A DNA stretch of 64,000 nt from Actinobacillus sp. (lineage in GTDB: Bacteria > Pseudomonadota > Gammaproteobacteria > Enterobacterales > Pasteurellaceae): the NCBI GenBank assembly GCA_020026115.1, contig JAHHQY010000003.1, positions 4,919 to 68,918 on the forward strand. The letters run 5' to 3'. Below the pieces are notes generated by a model. That model was not told where the DNA came from. It searched no databases and saw only the letters and a program-made list of their open reading frames with translations. Of this stretch, positions 19,925 through 29,786 are shown one piece after another. A program made the position numbers and the translations under genes. Position 1 is the first letter of the stretch. Every line of letters starts with the position of its first letter.

Positions 19925-21175
19925 ATGGGTTCAATAATTAGTATTCTTGGCATATTCATCCTAATGGGGATTGCCTATTTATTTTCAACAAACCGTAAAG
20001 CGATTAAACCTCGCGCAGTATTTGGTGCTTTAGGTATCCAAATTGGTATTGGTGCATTCATTCTTTATGTACCTGCAGGTCGCGACATTTTAAGAGCTTG
20101 TGCAGACGGCGTAAGTGCTGTTATTGCTTATGGTCGAGATGGTATTGTCTTCTTATTTGGTGATCAATTAACCAATGGTGGCGGTCCTGTTGGCTTCGTA
20201 TTTGCTATTAACGTACTTTGCATTATCATTTTCTTCTCTGCCTTAATTTCTGTTCTTTACTACTTAGGCATTATGCAATTCTTCATCAAAATCATTGGTG
20301 GTGGTTTACAAAAAGCATTAGGTACTTCTAAAGCGGAATCTATGTCTGCAGCTGCGAATATCTTCGTAGGTCAAACAGAAGCACCTTTAGTGGTTAAACC
20401 ATTTATTGCAAAAATGACTGAATCTGAATTATTTGCCATCATGGTTGGGGGCTTAGCGTCAATCGCAGGTTCTGTAATGGCAGGTTACGCATCAATGGGT
20501 GTGCCTTTAACTTACTTAATCGCTGCATCTTTCATGGCTGCGCCAGCAGGTTTATTATTCGCGAAAATCATCGTACCTCAAACTGAACAATTCAACGATG
20601 ATATGTCTGTTGTAGACGAAGACAAACCTTCTAACGTATTAGATGCTGCAGCAGGCGGTGCGTCAGCAGGTATGCACTTAGCGTTAAACGTTGGTGCAAT
20701 GTTAGTTGCTTTCATCGCATTAATCGCTTTAATTAACGGTATCTTAGGTGGTATCGGTGGTTTATTTAACTATCCAGAATTAAACTTAAATACAATCTTC
20801 GGTCTGTTATTCCGTCCATTAGCATGGATTATCGGTGTGCCATGGGAAGATGCGGGTATCGCAGGTCAAATGATCGGTACAAAATTAGCGATTAACGAAT
20901 TCGTTGCTTACTCTGAATTTGCAAACTACTTATTACCAGATGCTGCAGTTCAATTAAGTGATAAAACAAAAGCTGTAATTACCTTCGCACTTTGTGGTTT
21001 CGCTAACTTCAGCTCTATTGCGGTATTAATCGGTGGTTTAGGTGCATTAGCCCCAACACGCCGTAGCGACATCGCACGCTTAGGTTTACATGCAGTGCTT
21101 GCAGGGTCATTAGCTAACTTAATGAGCGCAACAATTGCAGGCTTCTTTATCGGATTAAGTGGCGCTGTGTTATAA
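19925..21175 (+). CDS. nupC: nucleoside permease NupC family
   Basis: ATG at 19925 follows GGAGTAAGGA. It is a concentrative nucleoside transporter-like membrane protein and is followed by deoB and deoD. Confidence 0.88.
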   Translation: MGSIISILGIFILMGIAYLFSTNRKAIKPRAVFGALGIQIGIGAFILYVPAGRDILRACADGVSAVIAYGRDGIVFLFGDQLTNGGGPVGFVFAINVLCIIIFFSALISVLYYLGIMQFFIKIIGGGLQKALGTSKAESMSAAANIFVGQTEAPLVVKPFIAKMTESELFAIMVGGLASIAGSVMAGYASMGVPLTYLIAASFMAAPAGLLFAKIIVPQTEQFNDDMSVVDEDKPSNVLDAAAGGASAGMHLALNVGAMLVAFIALIALINGILGGIGGLFNYPELNLNTIFGLLFRPLAWIIGVPWEDAGIAGQMIGTKLAINEFVAYSEFANYLLPDAAVQLSDKTKAVITFALCGFANFSSIAVLIGGLGALAPTRRSDIARLGLHAVLAGSLANLMSATIAGFFIGLSGAVL

Positions 21176-21215
21176 TCCAGCCCATTATCAGATAAAATAA
21201 TATCGCACTTATTTA

Positions 21216-21243
21216 CACACCACGGGTCTAAACTCGTGGTGTG
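21216..21243 (+). terminator. stem-loop between nupC and deoB (weak terminator or attenuator)
   Basis: CACACCACG-ggtctaaact-CGTGGTGTG with no strong T tail. Confidence 0.4.
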
Positions 21244-21286
21244 CTTGCTTAAAGGCTAGGAAAACGGTTGCGATAAAGGAGTAAAC

Positions 21287-22519
21287 ATGAAACGCGTCTT
21301 TGTAATGATGTTAGATTCTTTTGGAATTGGCGCAAGTCCCGATGCGGGAAAATTTGGCGATGAAGGTGCCAACACCTTAGGACATATTGCGCAAGCTTGC
21401 GCCGAAAAAAAGGCTGAAAGTAGCTCGCGACAAGGTGAACTAAAATTACCTTATTTTGAACGTTTAGGTTTAGGACTCGCCGCTGAAAAAGCTTGCGGTG
21501 AATTACCAAAAGGATTTAATCCAAACCCGAATTTAATTGGCGGTTATGCTTATGCCCAAGAAATTTCTTCAGGCAAAGACAGTCAATCAGGCCATTGGGA
21601 AATGACGGGAGTGCCGGTTTTATTTAATTGGGGGTTATTTCCCGATAAAACACAAAGTTTTCCGCCAGAATTATTGGAACGCATTGTCGAAAAAGCACAT
21701 TTACCAGGATTTTTAGGTAATTGTCACGCATCTGGCACGGAAATTTTACAAGAATTAGGCGAAGAGCATATTCAAACGGGCAAACCTATTTTTTATACAT
21801 CGGCAGATTCAGTTTTTCAAATTGCCTGCCATGAAGAAAGTTTTGGTTTAGATAAATTATATGAACTTTGCCAAATCGCGCGTGATGAATTAGCGGATTA
21901 TAATATTGGGCGTGTTATTGCACGGCCGTTTGTTGGGGAAGTGGGACATTTTGTGCGGACAGAAAATCGGCGCGATTATGCCCTTGAACCGCCAGCGAAA
22001 ACCGTATTACAAAAATTAGTGGAAGAAAAGCAAGGGGAAGTGGTTGCCGTTGGAAAAATTGCAGATATTTTTGCAAACATTGGTATTACGCAAAAAATAA
22101 GAGCCAATGGTAGCTTAGCGGATTTGTTGGATAAAACCCTAAGTGAAATGCAAAAAGCAGGCGACAATACACTGGTTTTTACTAATTTTGTTAATTTAGA
22201 TTCAGATTTTGGACATCGACGTAATGTGGCAGGTTATGCCGAAGCATTAGAATATTTTGACAGTCGTATTCCAGAATTATTAAAATTGGTGACTGATGAA
22301 GATTTGTTAATTTTTACGGCAGATCACGGTTGTGATCCCACTTTGGAAGGTAGCGATCACACGCGAGAATTTGTCCCGATTTTAATGTACGGTGCTAGCG
22401 TACCGAAAAGTTTCTTAGGAAAGGCCGATACCATTGCTAGTGTTGGTCAAACAATCGCAGACTATTTCGGACTTTCCGAAATGGACTATGGTAAATCTCT
22501 CATTCAATTTAAACAATAA
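21287..22519 (+). CDS. deoB: phosphopentomutase
   Basis: 410 aa starting [15 protein letters not shown], with ..ADHGCDPT.., typical of DeoB. Confidence 0.92.
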   Translation: MKRVFVMMLDSFGIGASPDAGKFGDEGANTLGHIAQACAEKKAESSSRQGELKLPYFERLGLGLAAEKACGELPKGFNPNPNLIGGYAYAQEISSGKDSQSGHWEMTGVPVLFNWGLFPDKTQSFPPELLERIVEKAHLPGFLGNCHASGTEILQELGEEHIQTGKPIFYTSADSVFQIACHEESFGLDKLYELCQIARDELADYNIGRVIARPFVGEVGHFVRTENRRDYALEPPAKTVLQKLVEEKQGEVVAVGKIADIFANIGITQKIRANGSLADLLDKTLSEMQKAGDNTLVFTNFVNLDSDFGHRRNVAGYAEALEYFDSRIPELLKLVTDEDLLIFTADHGCDPTLEGSDHTREFVPILMYGASVPKSFLGKADTIASVGQTIADYFGLSEMDYGKSLIQFKQ

Positions 22520-22529
22520 GGAAACAATT

Positions 22530-23246
22530 ATGACTCCACATATTAACGCGCCAGAAGGCGCATTTGCAGATGTTGTTTTAATGCCAGGTGACCCACTACG
22601 TGCAAAATACATTGCAGAAACCTTTTTAGAAGACGTCAAAGAAGTGACCAACGTGCGTAATATGCTCGGATTTACTGGTTTTTACAAAGGTCGTCGCATT
22701 TCTGTTATGGGACACGGTATGGGGATTCCATCTTGCTCGATTTATGCAACTGAACTAGTAAAAGATTACGGTGTTAAGAAAATTATTCGTGTAGGTTCTT
22801 GCGGTGCTGTGCGTAAAGATGTGAAACTTCGCGATGTTGTAATTGGTATGGGGGCATGTACGGATTCTAAAGTAAACCGTATTCGCTTTAAAGATCACGA
22901 TTACGCAGCCATTGCAGACTATGATATGACTGCAGCTGCAGTTGAAGCCGCAAAACGTCATGGCGTAAAAGCACGTGTAGGTAACATTTTCTCAGCAGAT
23001 TTATTCTATACACCAGATGCAGAAATGTTTGATGTGATGGAAAAATACGGTGTGTTAGGGGTTGAAATGGAAGCTGCGGGTATTTACGCAGTAGCAGCAG
23101 AATTTGGCGCGAAAGCACTTTGTATCTGCACCGTTTCTGACCACATTCGTACAGGCGAACAAACAACTTCAGAAGAACGTCAAACAACCTTCAATGATAT
23201 GATTGAAATTGCGTTAGAATCTGTATTAATTGGTGATGAAGCATAA
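22530..23246 (+). CDS. deoD: purine nucleoside phosphorylase
   Basis: 238 aa from ATG 22530 ([30 protein letters not shown]..), closely matching DeoD. Confidence 0.93.
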   Translation: MTPHINAPEGAFADVVLMPGDPLRAKYIAETFLEDVKEVTNVRNMLGFTGFYKGRRISVMGHGMGIPSCSIYATELVKDYGVKKIIRVGSCGAVRKDVKLRDVVIGMGACTDSKVNRIRFKDHDYAAIADYDMTAAAVEAAKRHGVKARVGNIFSADLFYTPDAEMFDVMEKYGVLGVEMEAAGIYAVAAEFGAKALCICTVSDHIRTGEQTTSEERQTTFNDMIEIALESVLIGDEA

Positions 23247-23271
23247 TTTTTGCTTTTAAATCAAAACGTTA

Positions 23272-23315
23272 CTCGCGCCGAAAAATTGTTTTATGTGATG
23301 ATTTTTCGGCGCGAG
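23272..23315. repeat. motif inverted pair (hairpin)
   Basis: CTCGCGCCGAAAAA-16 nt-TTTTTCGGCGCGAG, after deoD. Confidence 0.9.
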
Positions 23316-23409
23316 TTTATTTTTTGCGAAAAGAGAAAAAACCTTTCTAAAAAAATCAGTCCGAAAAAGGAAAGAACTTCGGGAAAAATTGGGAGAAATG
23401 GCGAAATTA

Positions 23410-23418
23410 TGCTATAAT
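23410..23418 (+). promoter_or_regulatory. candidate extended -10 promoter element (TGcTATAAT) upstream of gyrA
   Basis: TGCTATAAT at 23410-23418, about 35 nt upstream of the gyrA ATG. Confidence 0.45.
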
Positions 23419-23453
23419 TCTGCTAATTTTTATTTCAAATTAGGAATTTGTAA

Positions 23454-26099
23454 ATGTCTGATTTTTCTACAAATATTACGCCAGTAAGCATTGAGGAAGA
23501 ACTTAAGTCTTCTTATCTTGATTACGCGATGTCCGTTATTGTCGGGCGTGCGTTGCCTGATGTGCGCGATGGGTTAAAACCTGTACACCGTCGTGTGCTT
23601 TTCTCTATGAGCCAAAGCGGTATTGCTTTTAATAAACCTTATGTGAAATCGGCTCGTGTGGTCGGTGACGTGATTGGTAAATATCACCCTCATGGCGATG
23701 CTGCCGTTTACGACACAATTGTGCGTATGGCACAACCTTTCTCTTTACGTTATATGTTGGTTGACGGGCAAGGTAACTTTGGTTCCATTGATGGCGACTC
23801 ACCTGCGGCGATGCGTTATACCGAAGTGCGTATGCAAAAAATCACACAAGAATTACTAACGGATTTAGATAAAGAAACCGTTGATTTTTCGCCAAACTAT
23901 GACGGTAAAGAAATGATTCCTGATGTGTTACCAACACGTATTCCTGCTTTATTAGTGAATGGTTCATCAGGGATTGCCGTGGGTATGGCAACGAATATTC
24001 CCCCGCATAATTTAGGTGAAGTATTAGATGGATGTTTAGCTTATGTAGATAACGAAAATATTACCATTGATGAATTAATGCAATATATTCCAGGCCCTGA
24101 CTTCCCAACTTCCGCCTTAATCAATGGTCGCAAAGGTATTGAAGAAGCCTACAAAACAGGTAAAGGTAAAATTTATGTACGCGCTAAAGCGGAAATTGAA
24201 ACCAATGCCAAAGGTCGCGAAACCATCGTTATTACAGAAATTCCTTATCAAGTGAATAAAGCACGTTTATTAGAAAAAATTGCAGAATTAGTGCGTGAGA
24301 AAAAAATTGAAGGAATTAGTAGCTGTTTAGACGTATCCAGTGACAGTATTCGTATTGAAATTGAAGTGAAACGTGATGCCGTCGGCGAGGTGGTATTAAA
24401 TAATCTTTATGCTTTAACGCAAATGCAGGTCACTTTTGGTATCAATATGGTCGCTTTAGATCATGGTCAACCAAAATTATTGAATTTAAAAGAAATTATT
24501 TCAGCTTTCGTGACTCATCGTCGAGAAGTTATTACGCGTCGTAGTGTGTATGAATTACGCAAAGCACGCGAAAGAGCGCATATTTTAGAAGGTTTGGCGA
24601 TTGCTTTAGCGAATATTGACCCTGTGATTCATTTAATCCGCGCGTCCAAAACCGCAGACGAAGCTCGTGAAGCTTTATTGTCACGCCCTTGGGATTTAGG
24701 CAATGTGAGCGCGATGTTAGCAGAAGCGGGTGTCGACGCTTCTCGTCCAGATGGTTTAGGCAAAGAATTTGGTATTCATGATGGCAAATATTATTTATCC
24801 GATGAACAAGCTCGCGCCATTTTAGATTTACGCTTACAGCGTTTAACGGGCTTAGAATATGATAAAATTGTTAGCGAATACAAAGAGTTGCTAGTTGAAA
24901 TTGCAGAGTTGTTGCATATTTTAACAAGCTCTGTGCGCTTAAAAGAAGTGTTACGCGAAGAATTAGAAGTCGTAAAAGAAAACTTCAATGACGCCCGCCG
25001 TACAGAAATTACCAGTGCATCTGGGGATATCAATTTAGAAGATTTAATTGCACCAGAAGATGTTGTCGTGACGCTTTCTCATGAAGGCTATGTGAAATAT
25101 CAACCTTTAGCGGATTACGAAGCGCAACGCCGAGGCGGTAAAGGTAAATCCGCTACTAAAATGAAAGATGAAGATTTCATTGAACGTTTATTAGTCGCGA
25201 ATACTCATGACAGTATTTTATGTTTCTCAAGTCGTGGTCGTACTTACGCTCTTAAAGTGTATCAATTACCGCAAGCAAGCCGTGGCGCTCGTGGTCGGCC
25301 AATTGTGAATATTTTACCGCTGGAAGAAAATGAACGCATTACCGCTATTTTACCAGTTTCTAATTTTGACGGTGAACAATACATCTTTATGGCAACAGCC
25401 GGTGGCGTTGTGAAAAAAGTTGCCTTAAGTGCCTTTAGTAAAATTCGTGCTAATGGCTTAATCGCCTTAAATTTACGCGATGAAGATGAGTTAGTTGGCG
25501 TGGACATTACCAATGGCGATAACGAGATTATGCTCTTTACAGCCCAAGGTCGTTGTGCAAGATTCCATGAAAGTCAAATTCGCGCTATGGGACGTACTGC
25601 AACAGGTGTTCGCGGGGTGAAATTAGCCTTAGCTGAAGAAATCGATGAAACAGACATTGAAGATTTGAGCGAAGATGAACAAGAAAGCTTAGATCTCAAT
25701 ATTGATAAAGTTGTTTCATTGGTGGTACCAAAAGGTAATGGGGCAATTCTCACCGTGACAGAAAATGGTTATGGTAAACGTACAGAATTAGCCGAATATC
25801 CTGCGAAATCACGAAATACGAAAGGCGTAATTGCAATTAAAACCAGCGAACGTAATGGTAAAGTTGTTGCCGCAACGCAAGTAGATGAATGTGATCAAAT
25901 TATGCTTATTACCAATGCAGGAACATTAGTTCGTACTCGCGTAAGTGAAGTCAGCATCATTGGCCGAAACGCTCAAGGCGTACGTTTAATTCGCACAGTA
26001 TCTGACGAATTAGTCGTTAGCGTGGAACGTATTTGTGATAGCGATGATGATGAAGCAGAAGCGGAAGACGCAACAGCTTTAGAAAATTGCGCTGAATAA
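23454..26099 (+). CDS. gyrA: DNA gyrase subunit A
   Basis: 881 aa with an N-terminus colinear with E. coli GyrA (..[25 protein letters not shown]..). The QRDR reads [20 protein letters not shown]. It also has GyrA-box/beta-pinwheel repeats and an acidic tail. Confidence 0.97.
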   Translation: MSDFSTNITPVSIEEELKSSYLDYAMSVIVGRALPDVRDGLKPVHRRVLFSMSQSGIAFNKPYVKSARVVGDVIGKYHPHGDAAVYDTIVRMAQPFSLRYMLVDGQGNFGSIDGDSPAAMRYTEVRMQKITQELLTDLDKETVDFSPNYDGKEMIPDVLPTRIPALLVNGSSGIAVGMATNIPPHNLGEVLDGCLAYVDNENITIDELMQYIPGPDFPTSALINGRKGIEEAYKTGKGKIYVRAKAEIETNAKGRETIVITEIPYQVNKARLLEKIAELVREKKIEGISSCLDVSSDSIRIEIEVKRDAVGEVVLNNLYALTQMQVTFGINMVALDHGQPKLLNLKEIISAFVTHRREVITRRSVYELRKARERAHILEGLAIALANIDPVIHLIRASKTADEAREALLSRPWDLGNVSAMLAEAGVDASRPDGLGKEFGIHDGKYYLSDEQARAILDLRLQRLTGLEYDKIVSEYKELLVEIAELLHILTSSVRLKEVLREELEVVKENFNDARRTEITSASGDINLEDLIAPEDVVVTLSHEGYVKYQPLADYEAQRRGGKGKSATKMKDEDFIERLLVANTHDSILCFSSRGRTYALKVYQLPQASRGARGRPIVNILPLEENERITAILPVSNFDGEQYIFMATAGGVVKKVALSAFSKIRANGLIALNLRDEDELVGVDITNGDNEIMLFTAQGRCARFHESQIRAMGRTATGVRGVKLALAEEIDETDIEDLSEDEQESLDLNIDKVVSLVVPKGNGAILTVTENGYGKRTELAEYPAKSRNTKGVIAIKTSERNGKVVAATQVDECDQIMLITNAGTLVRTRVSEVSIIGRNAQGVRLIRTVSDELVVSVERICDSDDDEAEAEDATALENCAE

Positions 26100-26108
26100 A
26101 TTAACTTT

Positions 26109-26140
26109 TACCGCACTATTTTTTAGTGTGGTATTTTTTT
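26109..26140 (+). terminator. gyrA terminator built from a degenerate Hin-type USS inverted pair
   Basis: TACCGCACTA-ttttt-TAGTGTGGTA followed by T7. The arms match ACCGCACTT/AAGTGCGGT at 8/9 and 7/9. Confidence 0.75.
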
Positions 26141-26149
26141 GGATTAAAA

Positions 26150-26503
26150 ATGGAAAAAAATTTACTTTCTTTACATTTATTATGTGCTTTTATCAGTTTA
26201 TTGCTGTTAATTATTCGTGGCAGAATGCAATATAAAGGCAAAAATTGGCGTAAAAATTTATTATTGCGCAAAATGCCTTTGTTTTCAGATTGCGGATTAC
26301 TTGTCACAGGCGTGGCTTTAATTTTCCTCACAAAGGTTGGTTTTAGTTGGTGGATTTTAGTCAAACTAGGCTTAGTTGTAGAATATATTTTATTTTCAAG
26401 AAAATATTTCGAGCAAAATACCTCTGACGCCAAAAGCAATAATCGCTATCTTTTAGCCTTATTGTGTTTATCCAGTGCGGTATTATTAAGCTATTACCAT
26501 TAA
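26150..26503 (+). CDS. SirB2-like small membrane protein
   Basis: About 117 aa with four hydrophobic segments and a SirB-family-like N-terminus (LLSLHLLCAFISLLLLIIRG). The choice of start between 26126 and 26150 is uncertain. Confidence 0.5.
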   Translation: MEKNLLSLHLLCAFISLLLLIIRGRMQYKGKNWRKNLLLRKMPLFSDCGLLVTGVALIFLTKVGFSWWILVKLGLVVEYILFSRKYFEQNTSDAKSNNRYLLALLCLSSAVLLSYYH

Positions 26504-26515
26504 AAATATTAAAAA

Positions 26516-26542
26516 AGCGAACTTTTAAGGTTCGCTTTTTTT
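26516..26542 (+). terminator. terminator after the sirB-like gene
   Basis: AGCGAAC-ttttaag-GTTCGCT followed by T6. Confidence 0.75.
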
Positions 26543-26544
26543 AT

Positions 26545-26560
26545 CTCGCGCCGAAAAAAA
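26545..26560 (+). repeat. motif, single copy
   Basis: CTCGCGCCGAAAAAAA, between the terminator of the sirB-like gene and the comE stop. Confidence 0.85.
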
Positions 26561-26565
26561 GGCGC

Positions 26566-27729
26566 TTATTTTTTCTGAGAAGGGGTTAAATGACGATGGA
26601 ATAAATCTTGCGCGCGCTGATTTTCAGGCCGGCCTAACAGATTATTTTCCTGCGGATAAATAATGCGAGGGGTAACAAAAATAATCAGCTCACGCTTTTG
26701 ATGACGTTCACCTTCTTTACGGAACAAATATTTAATGAGTGGCACATCGCCTAAAAAAGGGACTTTTTGCACATAGTTGGTCACAGTGTCATGAAAAATC
26801 CCACCTAAAACAATGGTTTCACCGTTATGAGCTAAAACTTGCGTATCAATTTCTTGTTTTTCGATGGCAACAAATTCATTTTTACCAATTTTTGCTTGTT
26901 CTCCTGGCGTATTTTGCGTAATTTTTAAATCCATTAAAATTTTATTATTTTTAGCAATTTGTGGCGTCACTTCTAAACTTAAAACCGCATCTTTAAATTG
27001 CACTTCTTGCGTGTCATTTTTACCCGTCACGACATAAGGCAATTCCGTCCCTTGTTCAATTTTTGCTTGGCGTTTGTTGGTCGTCATCAGTTTTGGGCTG
27101 GCAATAATTTCAACGGAATTTTCTTTTTCTAGGGCAGAAAGTTCTAAATCTAATAAACGCCCATTAATTGTCGCAAGCTGTAAAGTCATCGCGCCCGCAG
27201 GGTTTGCGGTACCTAAATTGACGTTTAAATTATTGGCAAGCATATTAGGAAAATTACTTTCTAACATGCCATTAAAGCCGTGACTTGGGCTTAAGGAATT
27301 CGGTTTCATTGCGGGCGATTTATCAAATAAGCCCCAACGAACCCCCATTTCTTGCAAGCTTAAATCATTCATGGTCACAATGCGTGCTTCAATAACAATT
27401 TGCGGTAGGGCTTTATCTAAATTTTGCACGAGTTTTTGTACTTTTTTAAAATCTTCAAGATGACCTTGCAACATCAGTTGATTACTACGCTCGTCCGCAG
27501 AAAGCATATTAGCGGGTAATAAATCTTTTAATTTTTCAACTAAATCAGTGGCTTTAGCATGATGTACTTGCAAGCTGTAAAGATTTTTTAATGGGCTGTT
27601 TTCGTTTCCATTTTCTTCCGTAATAACTTGATCGAGCATATTTTTTGCTTGTGAAAAAAAAGGGTTGCTGTCACGAGCAAAGGTCGCAGTAGTTAAAAAA
27701 AATACACAAAATAAACAAAAATAACGCAT
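26566..27729 (-). CDS. comE: competence/type IV pilus secretin ComE (PilQ family), short form
   Basis: Signal peptide MRYFCLFCVFFLTTATFA. There is a single NolW/N1-like module (..ADERSNQLMLQGHLEDFKKVQKLVQNLDKALPQIVIEARIV), then the secretin core (..LGDVPLIKYLFR..RELIIFVTPRII). It is the last gene of the com operon. Confidence 0.88.
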   Translation of the reverse strand: MRYFCLFCVFFLTTATFARDSNPFFSQAKNMLDQVITEENGNENSPLKNLYSLQVHHAKATDLVEKLKDLLPANMLSADERSNQLMLQGHLEDFKKVQKLVQNLDKALPQIVIEARIVTMNDLSLQEMGVRWGLFDKSPAMKPNSLSPSHGFNGMLESNFPNMLANNLNVNLGTANPAGAMTLQLATINGRLLDLELSALEKENSVEIIASPKLMTTNKRQAKIEQGTELPYVVTGKNDTQEVQFKDAVLSLEVTPQIAKNNKILMDLKITQNTPGEQAKIGKNEFVAIEKQEIDTQVLAHNGETIVLGGIFHDTVTNYVQKVPFLGDVPLIKYLFRKEGERHQKRELIIFVTPRIIYPQENNLLGRPENQRAQDLFHRHLTPSQKK

Positions 27730-27733
27730 AAAG

Positions 27734-28288
27734 TTAGGACTCCTTTGCGGGGGCTAATTGAGAAAGATCCAGTTGCCAAACACTTTCAGCCCATAAAAAT
27801 TGCTGATTTTCCTTGTTTTCGCTGTCTTTTTCTAACTGCAAAGAAACTAAGGATAAAGGCGGATATTGGCGTAAAAGTTGATGAAAAAATTGATATAAAG
27901 CGTTAAAACTGCCCTGCATATTAAGATGCAACACCGGTTTTTCTCCCATGCGCCATTGCAAAGGGTGAAGATGTAATTGCGAGGATTGTTGTTGCAAAAT
28001 ATATTGATCAATCGGCATAAGTTGACGCGCTAAAGCGGGGGTTAATTCTTGCGCAAGTTGCTTTTGTTTTAGCTCTTGCAAGCCTTGCTTGACCTGTTTG
28101 AGCGCAAGTTCCGTTTGCTGTTGTTGTTCTTTAAGGGCCAAGCGCTTTTCCTTTAATTCCTGGCCTTGCCAAAGGGGATAGACAAGTAAAAGGAAGGCAA
28201 AAAGCACAAAAAGCGCCAGTTTTTGCCAACAAGGATATTGTGCAAAGGGCAGTAATACGGGCGTGATTTTAATAAGCCATTTGTTCAT
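27734..28288 (-). CDS. comC: competence protein ComC (PilO-like)
   Basis: 184 aa with an N-terminal TM helix, a Q/K-rich coiled coil and a C-terminal PilO-like fold (..LNMQGSFNALYQFFHQLL..). It overlaps the comB stop by 4 nt. Confidence 0.75.
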   Translation of the reverse strand: MNKWLIKITPVLLPFAQYPCWQKLALFVLFAFLLLVYPLWQGQELKEKRLALKEQQQQTELALKQVKQGLQELKQKQLAQELTPALARQLMPIDQYILQQQSSQLHLHPLQWRMGEKPVLHLNMQGSFNALYQFFHQLLRQYPPLSLVSLQLEKDSENKENQQFLWAESVWQLDLSQLAPAKES

Positions 28289-28806
28289 GGCGTGTCCTTT
28301 TGTAACGTAAGTAAAAATTCAAAAAAAATCCGCGATTTTTCAGTTTGAAAAGCCGTTAATTTTAATGCGTCAATATTTCGGGCTTGGCGTAAAAACTTTT
28401 CGAGAGCGTTAAATTCTTCAGTTTGTATTGCAAAGCCCGTTAAGCGTAAACTGTGGTGATTTAGTACACATTGTTCTAATTCCCCTTGGCTTAAAGGTAA
28501 TGTTGGAAGCAGAGTTAAAAGCGCTAAACTTTTTTCATTATCCAAGGCTTGTAGAGGCGTATTTTCAAGAAGATTTTCTCGCCCTTGCTTAAGGTTATGT
28601 TTCAGTTCATGTAAGAACCGTTGCTTCTCTTCTAAGCGTTGTGTTTGTTGGGTAACCTCTTGATTTATTTCGTTATTATCCCAAAGCAAAGAAAAAACAG
28701 CCAAGCAAACACAAAAGAGAAAAAACGTGCTTTGATATAAAAAAGAACGAACCAAGCTAAGACGCAGATGTTCTCGCCAAGGAAATAAATTCATAGATTT
28801 CCACAT
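28285..28806 (-). CDS. comB: competence protein ComB (PilN-like)
   Basis: It has the NLFPWREHLR motif typical of PilN, followed by a TM helix. The start could be 28806 or 28794. Confidence 0.78.
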   Translation of the reverse strand: MWKSMNLFPWREHLRLSLVRSFLYQSTFFLFCVCLAVFSLLWDNNEINQEVTQQTQRLEEKQRFLHELKHNLKQGRENLLENTPLQALDNEKSLALLTLLPTLPLSQGELEQCVLNHHSLRLTGFAIQTEEFNALEKFLRQARNIDALKLTAFQTEKSRIFFEFLLTLQKDTP

Positions 28807-28809
28807 AAG

Positions 28810-29637
28810 CTACTCAAAATTTTCTATTGGTGTTTCCCATAAAGCGCAGCCTAAAGCCATAAGGGAAAAGGGTTGTGAAACATCTTGCCAATGAACGGGC
28901 ATTTGCGCTAAAGCTGGGCTGTCTTTTTCACCGAAAAATAAAACTTTTTCTGCTTTGATGTCATATTTTTCGCAAAACTCTTGATAAAGACTTAAAGCGT
29001 CGCCTTGATTTTTTTGTAAAATTAAGCATTTCATGGGTTGTTCAAGAAAAGCCAGTGCGAAATCTTGAGTTTGGTATAAACAAAGCACGTTATATAAATG
29101 TGGCGAACGTTCTTCTTTCGGTAAAAGATAGGCAAAAGCATAATGCAAAACATTGCTGGCACAATCTAATACATCGAGTTTAAAGGGCTGAAAACTTGCG
29201 CGATATTCACGGGCAAGAGATTTCACGATAGCAAAAAGATCAATGCGAATGCCTTTATTATGAGGTAAATCGGCCATAATAAAATCAAACCACACATCAT
29301 CTAAGGGAACGGGTAAATCATTTTTTAACGCCAACATACATTGCATTTCCGCCTCTCTTGCTTGAGTTGTGGGCGGAAAAATTAAAGTTCGATGTAATAA
29401 CTTATGCGGTAAAATTGCGGTAATAAATTTAAGTTTAGGCGTTTTTTTTATTTTTAAACTAGAACAAATAGCACGTTGTAATTCCGCCAAACTAGGGTTG
29501 AAACTGCTATAAAAATGGCATTGTTCGCTTGGGTCTAGCCAGGCAAAATGCCAGTGCATTTTTTCACTCGCACCGAAAATTTGTGGCATTTTCCAAACAC
29601 CAATTTGTAAGGTCGGCTTTTTATGTATACTTAACAT
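28810..29637 (-). CDS. comA: competence protein ComA (PilM-like)
   Basis: 275 aa, first gene of the operon and divergent from mrcA, exactly as comA and ponA are in H. influenzae. Confidence 0.75.
   Translation of the reverse strand: MLSIHKKPTLQIGVWKMPQIFGASEKMHWHFAWLDPSEQCHFYSSFNPSLAELQRAICSSLKIKKTPKLKFITAILPHKLLHRTLIFPPTTQAREAEMQCMLALKNDLPVPLDDVWFDFIMADLPHNKGIRIDLFAIVKSLAREYRASFQPFKLDVLDCASNVLHYAFAYLLPKEERSPHLYNVLCLYQTQDFALAFLEQPMKCLILQKNQGDALSLYQEFCEKYDIKAEKVLFFGEKDSPALAQMPVHWQDVSQPFSLMALGCALWETPIENFE
29567..29579 (+). repeat. motif copy inside a CDS (comA, antisense to the gene)
   Basis: CTCGCACCGAAAA. On the coding strand it reads TTC GGT GCG AGT = F-G-A-S (..PQIFGASEK..). Confidence 0.85.
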
Positions 29638-29786
29638 CCTTTAAACTCCCTATCTTGATATGAAAAAAAAGCTAATTTGGTTAAAAAGTCATTTCCCCCT
29701 TTAGATTTAGGCTGTGAAACTTTATACTTAGGCGCTGATTTTGAAGAATTTGATATTTACTGCACGACACAAGAGAGAAATTTACG

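Noticed and set aside
25620-25740. Acidic low-complexity insertions in GyrA (..[20 protein letters not shown]..) and PBP1A, and the GroEL GGM tail, as anomalies.
   Set aside because: These are common lineage-specific linker or tail features of these families and are not evidence of a novel element.
29713-29728. TGTGA-N6-ATACT as a CRP or CRP-S site for comA.
   Set aside because: The second half-site matches only 2/5, and the CRP-S-specific TGCGA/TCGCA cores are absent. It is too weak to call.
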